Positions 9,423 to 17,156 of a stretch of DNA of 57,720 bases are shown here, one piece after another (position 1 is the stretch's first letter; the number at the start of each line of letters is the position of its first letter). The position numbers were made by a program, and so were the translations under genes. The notes beneath the pieces are model-generated. The model worked only from the letters and a program-made list of their open reading frames with translations. It was not told where the DNA came from and made no database searches. Source of the DNA: Acidimicrobiales bacterium (GTDB taxonomy: Bacteria; Actinomycetota; Acidimicrobiia; Acidimicrobiales; SZUA-35); the NCBI GenBank assembly GCA_020628065.1, contig JAHDFR010000001.1, positions 1 through 57,720 on the forward strand, given 5' to 3'.

Positions 9423-10814
9423 GTGACTGTCGCCCCTCAGCTCATTGTGGTTGCCAACCGTCTACCGGTCCGGCGGGTTGAGCGAGAGGACGGCACCAGT
9501 GAGTGGATCACCAGTCCTGGCGGCCTCGTCTCCGCACTGTCACCGGCACTGGCCCAGTCCGACAACCCATCCTGGGTTGGCTGGACTGGTGATTCCAACC
9601 ACCTGGTGGACGAGCCATTTACCGTCGACGGCATCCACTTGCTGCCGGTTCCCGTGAGCCCGACCGAGTTGGATGCCCACTACAACGGCATGTCCAACGG
9701 GACCATGTGGCCGCTCTACCACGACAAGGTCGGACCGGTTGAATTTCACCGAACCTGGTATGAGGGCTACCGGACCGTCAACAGACGATTCGCCGAGACG
9801 GTGGCCGAGTCGGCCGAAGAGGGCGCAACCGTTTGGGTGCAGGACTACCAACTGCAATTGGTTCCCGGCTATCTACGAGAGCTCCGCCCCGACCTACTGA
9901 TCGGCTTTTTCCTACACATCCCGTTCCCTCCGGCCGAGTTGTACAACCAACTCCCCTGGCGCGAAGCGCTGGTGGCCGGCATGCTTGGAAGCGATCTCGT
10001 TGGATTTCAAACGCCTCGCGGCGCGGCCAATTTCCGAAGAGTGGCGTCATTCCTGGGCAAGGCAACAGTGGACGGCGACGACCTCATGGTCGGCGACCGC
10101 AGAGTCCGTCTTGGCTCCTACCCAATCGGTATCGACTTCCGACGCTACGAAGCCGCCGGCATGGACCACGCCACCTCGGAACGAAGTCGAGATCTACGAG
10201 CCCAACTCGGCAATCCGAGAACGGTCATCCTCGGTGTTGATCGCCTCGACTACACCAAAGGAATCGACGTCCGCCTTCGAGCCTTCAAGGAGCTGCTGGC
10301 CGACGGAGTTCTGCATCCCTCCCAGGTCACCATGGTCCAAGTGGCCGACCCATCCCGAGACGCCGTTGACGCCTACATAGATCTACGGGCCCGAGTCGAA
10401 CGTCTGGTTGGAGAGATCAACGGAGACTACGGACGAGTCGGGGTCCCGGTCGTCCACTACATCCATCAGACACAAAACTTTGATGCTTTGCTGGCGCTGT
10501 ATAGAACCGCCGACATCATGTTGGTAACTCCATTCGCCGACGGCATGAACCTGGTGGCCAAAGAATACGTCGCCACCAGATACGACGAGTCCGGGGCTCT
10601 CGTACTTTCGGAGTTCGCCGGGGCCGCCCACCAGCTGACCGAGGCGTTGACTGTCAACCCATACGATGTCGACGGGCTCAAGTCGGCTATCGCCGAGGCG
10701 GTCAGAATGACACCGGAAGAGCAGCGTCAACGCATGCGCGACATGCGAAAAGAGGTTGAGGCCACCGACGTCCGCACCTGGGCCGCCAACTTCCTGGACG
10801 GTTTGCGAAGCTGA
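9423..10814 (+). CDS. otsA: Alpha,alpha-trehalose-phosphate synthase (GT20)
   Basis: VVANRLPV N-terminus, LGVDRLDYTKGI, VTPFADGMNLVAKEY. 463 aa, GTG start. Confidence 0.92.
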   Translation: MTVAPQLIVVANRLPVRRVEREDGTSEWITSPGGLVSALSPALAQSDNPSWVGWTGDSNHLVDEPFTVDGIHLLPVPVSPTELDAHYNGMSNGTMWPLYHDKVGPVEFHRTWYEGYRTVNRRFAETVAESAEEGATVWVQDYQLQLVPGYLRELRPDLLIGFFLHIPFPPAELYNQLPWREALVAGMLGSDLVGFQTPRGAANFRRVASFLGKATVDGDDLMVGDRRVRLGSYPIGIDFRRYEAAGMDHATSERSRDLRAQLGNPRTVILGVDRLDYTKGIDVRLRAFKELLADGVLHPSQVTMVQVADPSRDAVDAYIDLRARVERLVGEINGDYGRVGVPVVHYIHQTQNFDALLALYRTADIMLVTPFADGMNLVAKEYVATRYDESGALVLSEFAGAAHQLTEALTVNPYDVDGLKSAIAEAVRMTPEEQRQRMRDMRKEVEATDVRTWAANFLDGLRS

Positions 10815-10824
10815 AGTTAACTCT

Positions 10825-11883
10825 TTACGTCAACGTCGGGTTGAACAACACCTTCGGGCGGTTGGCAGTGGGGCTTGAGCGTATGCCTAACGGCTGCGAC
10901 AGCTCCAAAAACGCCTCTGACAGATCGGAGAAACCGACCGTGTGACTGACCAGCTCGTCCACCCGGTAGCGCTCGTCAGCCATCAGATCGAGAGCCCGGT
11001 GCACATCAGCCACCGAGTACCCGAGGGAACCGATGACCGTCAGTTCCCGTCGCAGCGTCTGGTCAGCCGACATCATCGCCTCGGCCGCAGTGAATCCCAC
11101 CAGGACCACAGTCGCTCCGTAACGGGCCGCCGACAGGCCGGTTTCGAGTGCAGCCGACCCTCCGGCGCAATCAAAGACCAGATCGGCCCCAAGCCCATGT
11201 CCTTGGACGGCCAGCCAACGCACAAGATCCTCGCCGGGGGCAAAGGCGGCATCAGCGCCAAGTGAACAGGCCAGTTCGCGACGGGACTCCTCGGTATCAA
11301 CCGCCACCACGCGACTTGCACCGGCAAGCCGAGCCAGCTCTGCCACCAACAGCCCGATGGTGCCGGTGCCTACAACCAGCACGACGTCTCCCAGCGAAGG
11401 CTGCGCCCGTCGGACGGCGTGAGCGGCTACGGCGGCAGGTTCGGCAAGGGCTCCCATCGGACCGTCTACACCTTCTGGAAGTCGATGGACCCGCCGGCTG
11501 TCGACCCGGATCCGCTCGGCGAAGGCGCCGTGGCCAGCCGACCGCTCATCCGTGCCCACAATCATCGACAACACCATCTGACAGATGGAGCCCATTCCGC
11601 TTCTACAAGGCTGGCATCGACCGCAAGGCGCCGGGACCCCACCGACCACTCGCTCTCCCTCAAATCGATCGGACGAGCCTTCACCCACCTGAGCAACCCG
11701 ACCGACCCACTCATGACCGAACCAGGCCGGTGCCGGAAGGTCGCCGGTCTGCCAGGCGACAACATCCGATCCGCTGATTCCGCAGCGCTCGATCTCCACC
11801 AGTACCGAACCGGGCAGCAGCTCGGGCTCCGGCACATCGGCAATCTCGATCTGACGCTGCCCGGTAAGTAGCGCTGCTCGCAC
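10825..11883 (-). CDS. Zinc-dependent alcohol / threonine dehydrogenase-like (MDR family) oxidoreductase
   Basis: GHEWVGRV and CGRCQPCRSG (catalytic and structural Zn sites) and VVGTGTIGLL (NAD fold). The ORF-track N-terminus (to 12102) overlaps aroA. GTG at 11883, 2 nt after the aroA stop, gives a normal 352-aa protein starting VRAALLTG. Confidence 0.85.
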   Translation of the reverse strand: MRAALLTGQRQIEIADVPEPELLPGSVLVEIERCGISGSDVVAWQTGDLPAPAWFGHEWVGRVAQVGEGSSDRFEGERVVGGVPAPCGRCQPCRSGMGSICQMVLSMIVGTDERSAGHGAFAERIRVDSRRVHRLPEGVDGPMGALAEPAAVAAHAVRRAQPSLGDVVLVVGTGTIGLLVAELARLAGASRVVAVDTEESRRELACSLGADAAFAPGEDLVRWLAVQGHGLGADLVFDCAGGSAALETGLSAARYGATVVLVGFTAAEAMMSADQTLRRELTVIGSLGYSVADVHRALDLMADERYRVDELVSHTVGFSDLSEAFLELSQPLGIRSSPTANRPKVLFNPTLT

Positions 11884-11885
11884 TG

Positions 11886-13247
11886 TCAGACAGCTTCCTG
11901 CGATGCTCGTAGCGTGTCGAGCACGTCGAAGAAGTGAGGGAAAGTTTTGGCCACGCACCCTGGGTTGGCTATGACAATGCCTTCGTGTTCGAGGCCCAGA
12001 AGGGCGAAGCTCATCGCCATTCGATGGTCGTCGTAGGTTTCGACCGTGCCAGGCTGCGGCGATCCCGGCCGAATCATGAGGCCGTCTTCGGTTTGGCGAC
12101 AATCGATACCCAACCGTTGGAGCTCGGCGGCGGTTGCGGCCAACCGGTCAGTTTCCTTGTGGCGGATGAAACCAACACCAGCGATTGTCGTCGGCGAGTC
12201 CGCCTGCGATGCCACAACGGCAAGCGTCTGCACCGTGTCGGAGATGTCCGACATGTCGACTTCCACTCCGTTGAGCGGCCCGCTTCGCTCGACCTCGGTG
12301 TAGTCCGATGCCACCTCCACCCGACATCCCATCCGTTCCAGAACCTCAACGAACTTCAGGTCGCCCTGAACCGTGGATCGCCCCAGACCGTCGACCCGTA
12401 CCCGGCCTCCCTTGATGGCGGCGGCCCCGAAAAAGTAGGAGGCGGCAGAAGCGTCAGGTTCGATACGAAGCTCCGATGCCCGATAGCCCGTCGATGGAAC
12501 CCGAAAGCTTCGGAAGTCTCCATCGTGTTCGACCGTGGCTCCAAAATCCGCCATGGTGGTCATGGTCAGCTCGACGTATGGTTTGGACACCAACGGCCCG
12601 GTCACAAGAATCTCGGTTGGCCCGGCGGCCAGCGGCGCCGCCAGCAGCAGCCCGGACAGGAACTGGCTGGAGACATCACCCGATACGGACATCGTCTCGC
12701 CGGGCATCGTTCGGCCGGACACCTTGAGCGGAAGCTGCTCCCCTTCGATGGATGCTCCGACAGAGCGCAGAGCCTCAAGCTGAGGGCCGAATGGTCTGGC
12801 CCGAAGCTGAGGGTCGCCATCGAGAACAAAGTCACCATCAAGGCCGGCAAGAACGGCCAGCAGAAACCGGCCGGTGGTCCCAGACTGTCGAACGTTAACG
12901 ATGATGGACCCGCCGGATGCATCAACAGTTCCACTCAAACCGCCGACGGCCACCGTCGGCCCAAAGCGACCGTCGAAGCGTTCCAGCTCGGCGCCAAGTT
13001 CGGCAACCGCCGACATCATGGCCTTGGTGTCGTCGGCCAGTAATACACCGTGCAACGTGGAGCGGCCATCGGCCAGCGCGGCGCACATCAGCGCTCGATT
13101 GGTGTGGGACTTGGATCCCGGCACGGCGACCGTTGCGTCCACCGGTCCGGAGAGGGGTAAAATCAACAGATTGGCGTCCGGAGGGCTCGTTCTCACCGGT
13201 TCAACGGTAGTCACATCCAACTCTGCCGATGCGGCAATTCGCCTCAA
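11886..13247 (-). CDS. aroA: 3-phosphoshikimate 1-carboxyvinyltransferase (EPSP synthase)
   Basis: VPGSKSHTNRALMCAALADG and DHRMAMSFALLGL. 453 aa. Confidence 0.93.
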   Translation of the reverse strand: MRRIAASAELDVTTVEPVRTSPPDANLLILPLSGPVDATVAVPGSKSHTNRALMCAALADGRSTLHGVLLADDTKAMMSAVAELGAELERFDGRFGPTVAVGGLSGTVDASGGSIIVNVRQSGTTGRFLLAVLAGLDGDFVLDGDPQLRARPFGPQLEALRSVGASIEGEQLPLKVSGRTMPGETMSVSGDVSSQFLSGLLLAAPLAAGPTEILVTGPLVSKPYVELTMTTMADFGATVEHDGDFRSFRVPSTGYRASELRIEPDASAASYFFGAAAIKGGRVRVDGLGRSTVQGDLKFVEVLERMGCRVEVASDYTEVERSGPLNGVEVDMSDISDTVQTLAVVASQADSPTTIAGVGFIRHKETDRLAATAAELQRLGIDCRQTEDGLMIRPGSPQPGTVETYDDHRMAMSFALLGLEHEGIVIANPGCVAKTFPHFFDVLDTLRASQEAV

Positions 13248-13259
13248 TCACCTGAGATA

Positions 13260-13490
13260 TCACTCAGTTGGGGTCTCGCCGGCAATTGGGATCTCGCCGG
13301 AGTCGGCCAGCGCCTCTTCAGCCCGCTCGACGTCGCTGCTTCGAATCAGTACTGCGACGTCGTCACCTTGGCCAGGGCCAAGCTGGTTCACCGCTTCGAC
13401 CCGCACCCCGGCGGATCGGAGGTGTCTGGCCGCCGCGGTGGCCGCCCCCATGTCAGGAAACAGCAACCGAGTGATGGAGACGGGACCCAT
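13260..13490 (-). CDS. Small DUF2007-like (PII-like fold) protein
   Basis: 76 aa. AATAAARHLRSAGVRVEAV ... VAVLIRSSDVERAEEAL resembles the small putative signal-transducing DUF2007 family. The assignment is by eye and weak. The stop is 12 nt upstream of aroA. Confidence 0.45.
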   Translation of the reverse strand: MGPVSITRLLFPDMGAATAAARHLRSAGVRVEAVNQLGPGQGDDVAVLIRSSDVERAEEALADSGEIPIAGETPTE

Positions 13491-13511
13491 GTTGGATGTG
13501 CCCCGAGAAGG

Positions 13512-14066
13512 TCAGGCCGCCCCGCTGGGGGCGTCAGCCGGCGGCGTCGTTGGTACCTCTTCGGTGATGTTGACCAAGTTGTTGAGCGGGTCCCGTGCCT
13601 CAAGCGAGAGCCGAATCTCGGTCAGGGCCTCCCGGTAACGCTTCAGCTTGGCGTCGCTTTCGGCGATCTGAACGTTGGCGTCAGCGAGTTGCCGCTGCAG
13701 TGACTCGATTTCCGCCAACGACTCGGCGTGGGCTGCAGAGGTTTGCTCGATGTCGGCGATGTCTGCGTCCCAACTCGGCTCATCACCGAAGTGGCTGTTG
13801 TATCCGCCGATACCGACCGACTCGCTCGGAGCGCCGACGGTAGCGGGCTCGATACGTCCACTTTGGAGCTGATGGATCTCGTGGCGCAGCCTCCGGTTTG
13901 TCTCCCGGTCGTCGGCTGCCTCACGTCGGGCCTCGTCAAGCTCCCGATCCTTGCGAGCCATGTCGTCGGCCAGGCCTTTTCGGACATTGCGGACGACCAC
14001 AAGCATGAGCACGGAGAAAACGATGGCCCCGATGGCGAATCCAGTGAGAAGCGCTGACAACGTCAC
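13512..14066 (-). CDS. Membrane-anchored coiled-coil protein, unknown function
   Basis: 184 aa. N-terminal TM (LLTGFAIGAIVFSVLMLVVV) followed by charged heptad-like segments (RKDRELDEARREAADDRETNRRLRHEIHQLQ; ESLAEIESLQRQLADANVQIAESDAKLKRYREAL). Confidence 0.6.
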   Translation of the reverse strand: MTLSALLTGFAIGAIVFSVLMLVVVRNVRKGLADDMARKDRELDEARREAADDRETNRRLRHEIHQLQSGRIEPATVGAPSESVGIGGYNSHFGDEPSWDADIADIEQTSAAHAESLAEIESLQRQLADANVQIAESDAKLKRYREALTEIRLSLEARDPLNNLVNITEEVPTTPPADAPSGAA

Positions 14067-14303
14067 GACAGATCACCTATGTGACTCGTCGCGAAAGTTG
14101 CGCCTTTCATCTGTATTGTCCCTTCCATTTTTTGTTTACTCCGCCGCCCGGATGGGATTAAAGCCCGTCTTGCTTGTTGGAGGTCATTGTACTGCCTGTT
14201 CGTGGCGGCAACCCAGCCGAATAGCACCATGGGGTGTGGGTACATCTACCGCGCTCCCTATCAATCCGCTATGGATTTCAGGAAATCGACCCATAAGCAT
14301 CGC

Positions 14304-15494
14304 CTAGCGAATGGCGTTCCCAGACTCCGGATCAAAGAAGTGCATGCGCGGCGTGTCGACGGCAAACTCGATGCTGTCACCGATACGAGCCCGCGAGCGA
14401 GGGTTGACTCGGGCCACATAAATGTAGTTGCCGGTCTCATCCTGGGCGGTGGCCACCGCGTCCTCGCCTTCAAACTCCTCGTCCATAATCTCGAACGGTT
14501 CGACCGGTAGAGGAAAATGGACAATGACTTCGGAACCGAGGGACTCAACCAACGTGGTGGTGGAACGCAGGCGACGATTATCAGGAGACGATGGCGCCAA
14601 CGAGGCATCCTCGATATCTTCGGGTCGGATACCAATCACGACCTCGCGACCTTCGAACTCAGCCAAACCGGGCCGCTGATCAACAGCGTCAGCCGGCAGA
14701 TTAAGGCTCTGCTCGCCGAGGCGAACAGTCACGTCGTTATCACCGTCGCGCTCAAGTCGAGCCTTGAACAGGTTCATCGACGGCGAGCCGATGAATCCGG
14801 CTACAAACACGTTGTCGGGTGAGTCGTACAGGTTCTGCGGCGTATCAACCTGCTGCAGAAATCCCCGCTTCAGTACAGCCACTCGATCACCCATGGTCAT
14901 AGCTTCGACCTGGTCGTGAGTCACGTAGAGGGTGGTCACACCCAAGTCACGCTGCAGTCCGGCGATTTCCGCCCGCATCTGCACACGAAGCTTGGCGTCA
15001 AGGTTGGAAAGCGGCTCGTCCATAAGGAAAGCCTTCGGCTGACGCACGATGGCTCGTCCCATCGCTACTCGCTGACGCTGACCACCGGACAATTGCCCTG
15101 GCTTCTTTTCCAGTTGCTCGGTCAGATCAAGGGTGTGCGCCGCCTTCTTTACCCGATCGGCGATCTCGGCCTTGGGCACCTTGGCCAGCTTCAGAGCGAA
15201 GCCGATATTGTCAGCCACCGACATGTGGGGGTACAGCGCATAGTTCTGGAAAACCATGGCGATGTCGCGGTCCTTGGGGTGAACATCGTTAACCACACGA
15301 TCTTCGATCTTGAGGTTTCCGCTGCTGATGTCCTCCAACCCGGCGACCATGCGCAGGGCCGTCGACTTGCCGCACCCGGATGGACCGACCAGAACGAGGA
15401 ACTCGCCGTCCTGGATATCGATCGATAGCTCATGAATGGCTTGAAAACCATTCGGGTAGATCTTGTTGACGGATTCAAGGACGACGCCAGCCAT
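14304..15494 (-). CDS. msiK: Sugar ABC transporter ATP-binding protein (MalK/UgpC/MsiK type), without adjacent permease genes
   Basis: Walker A GPSGCGKST, signature LSGGQRQRVAMGRA, Walker B FLMDEPLSNLD, and a C-terminal MalK-type regulatory domain. No permease or binding-protein genes lie nearby, as for actinobacterial MsiK. Confidence 0.88.
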   Translation of the reverse strand: MAGVVLESVNKIYPNGFQAIHELSIDIQDGEFLVLVGPSGCGKSTALRMVAGLEDISSGNLKIEDRVVNDVHPKDRDIAMVFQNYALYPHMSVADNIGFALKLAKVPKAEIADRVKKAAHTLDLTEQLEKKPGQLSGGQRQRVAMGRAIVRQPKAFLMDEPLSNLDAKLRVQMRAEIAGLQRDLGVTTLYVTHDQVEAMTMGDRVAVLKRGFLQQVDTPQNLYDSPDNVFVAGFIGSPSMNLFKARLERDGDNDVTVRLGEQSLNLPADAVDQRPGLAEFEGREVVIGIRPEDIEDASLAPSSPDNRRLRSTTTLVESLGSEVIVHFPLPVEPFEIMDEEFEGEDAVATAQDETGNYIYVARVNPRSRARIGDSIEFAVDTPRMHFFDPESGNAIR

Positions 15495-15643
15495 TCGTAG
15501 ACTGCCCCCTCTTTACACGATGGATACGAAGCGGCCCCACCGCTGACTACGCCGGAGCCCGATGGCATCACAATGTAGCACGAGCACCATGAACTACGGT
15601 AGAACCGTGCGGCCGAAGCAGGCCGTCCCGGCCGATTCCGGCC

Positions 15644-15679
15644 GGGCGGACGGGCGGACGGGCGGACGGGCGGACGGGC
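15644..15679 (+). repeat. Tandem 8-nt repeat (GGGCGGAC) x4.5; canonical G-quadruplex motif
   Basis: GGG tracts at 15644, 15652, 15660, 15668 and 15676, each separated by CGGAC (G3N5 repeated). It lies in the divergent region between msiK and the zinc-ribbon ORF. Confidence 0.9.
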
Positions 15680-15690
15680 TCCGACACCTC

Positions 15691-15722
15691 TAGAACAATC
15701 CAAACGTAGAACAATCCAAACG
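15691..15722 (+). repeat. Perfect tandem duplication of a 16-bp AT-rich unit (TAGAACAATCCAAACG x2)
   Basis: Unit 1 is 15691-15706 and unit 2 is 15707-15722. They are identical and end 1 nt before the GTG at 15724. Confidence 0.95.
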
Positions 15723-15723
15723 A

Positions 15724-16023
15724 GTGCCAATGGACGACGAAGTCGACAACACTGACCGCCAGACTGGGAACCCCGACGCTTCGGGATCCGAAATTCAGGC
15801 TGCGGAGATGCACTCGCAAACCTCCCAGGACATGCCTCAATGCCCGCGATGCGGCGGTGCGCTGTTCGATCATTCGGAGCCGGCGAGGTTCTACGGGCCT
15901 TGCGCCGACTGCCGCCGGCAGCTTCGCGACGCTTTACGTGGCGAGGGTGGAGAAGCCGTCGTCGCCGAATACGAACCCAAGATGAACGTCACTCCCAACG
16001 CCGTCGCATTAAAAGACGACTGA
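15724..16023 (+). CDS. Small zinc-ribbon protein, unknown function
   Basis: 99 aa. CPRC-x16-CADC four-Cys ribbon after an acidic, probably disordered N-terminus. The start is GTG 15724 or ATG 15730. The stop is 13 nt before the next ORF. Confidence 0.55.
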   Translation: MPMDDEVDNTDRQTGNPDASGSEIQAAEMHSQTSQDMPQCPRCGGALFDHSEPARFYGPCADCRRQLRDALRGEGGEAVVAEYEPKMNVTPNAVALKDD

Positions 16024-16036
16024 CGCCAGTGCACCA

Positions 16037-16696
16037 ATGAGCGATATTGGGACTTTGAACGAGCGGTCACTGCATCGCTCGCTCAAGGAGCATCTGGCTC
16101 AGCGGGGGGACCGATTTGAGGTTCCGGTTGGGAACTTCGTCGTCGACATCCTGCGAGGCGCCGAGATAGTCGAGATTCAGACCAGCTCGTTCGGGGCCAT
16201 GGCCCGCAAACTGGACGTGCTCCTCGATGGACACTCGGTCCGAATTGTCCATCCCATCGCCATCGAGACGTACCTCCTGCGCGACGACCGCAAGCCTCGC
16301 CGGTCACCCAAGAAGGGAAACCTCTACTCCGTGCTCGACGAGCTGGTAAGTCTCCCGACAATGATCGACCACCCGAACCTAACCGTCGACGCTGTCCTCG
16401 TCTCGGTTGACAAAGTCCAGCGCTTCGACGACCGGGCAAGGCGAGGACGAGGGGGCTGGGTGACGGTGGACCGAAGATTGCGCGAGATCCACTCCTGGCA
16501 CCGCTTCACCTCCGGCGACGATTTGGTGGCGATGCTGCCCGACGATCTACCCCCGCTGTTCACAACCGCCGACATCGCGCCGACGGTCGGCTCACGCGCT
16601 GCGGCCCAACGGCTGTGTTATTGCCTGCGACAGCTCGGATCAATCGAGATGGTGGATAGAACCCGTAGCGGCATGGTGTACCGGCACGCGGTCTAA
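16037..16696 (+). CDS. PD-(D/E)XK nuclease-fold-like conserved hypothetical protein
   Basis: 219 aa. N-terminal ERSLHRSLKEHL ... FVVDILRGAEIVEIQTSSF has the spacing of a restriction-endonuclease-like core (E ... D ... ExQ/K). The C-terminal AAAQRLCYCLRQLGSIEMVDRTRSGMVYR looks like a winged helix. The family call is by eye. Confidence 0.55.
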   Translation: MSDIGTLNERSLHRSLKEHLAQRGDRFEVPVGNFVVDILRGAEIVEIQTSSFGAMARKLDVLLDGHSVRIVHPIAIETYLLRDDRKPRRSPKKGNLYSVLDELVSLPTMIDHPNLTVDAVLVSVDKVQRFDDRARRGRGGWVTVDRRLREIHSWHRFTSGDDLVAMLPDDLPPLFTTADIAPTVGSRAAAQRLCYCLRQLGSIEMVDRTRSGMVYRHAV

Positions 16697-17156
16697 CGCC
16701 ACGTAGTTCGCTACCAGCGGTTTGGTCCACGGCAGGCCTGCTGGACAAACATGCCCAGCGGTGACGGGAAGGCCTGCTCATTCGCCCCCTGGGTCGCAGA
16801 ACTACCATTTGTCCGGTGAGGCGCGATCTCCGCTTCCGCTCCCCGCACCGACAGCCGATCTTCCCGCTCCAGGCCCACCTCTCCCCCGACCCCGATGACC
16901 GCAGCTAGAACGAAAGACACCCATCACGTTGTTTAACAACCCGACGGCAAATGTCTTCCTGCACCATCCTTCGTGGGTTTTTATCTTGAATGGTCGACGC
17001 GGGGCCGATCCACGGCTACCTTGGTGCGCAGTGGGCGACAGGGGGCATAAGACATCCTGTGGCTGTGGAGAAAATCGATGACGACCGCTGCAAGCTGTCT
17101 ATGAAGCTGGTAGTTTCGGGCTGCGAGGTACGGGCGCAGCACCGGCGGAGGTAACT

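Noticed and set aside
11884-12102. N-terminal 73-aa extension of the Zn-ADH ORF overlapping aroA
   Set aside because: The extension is Arg/Pro/Ser-rich and lies inside the well-supported aroA 3' end. A GTG 2 nt after the aroA stop gives the canonical MDR N-terminus.
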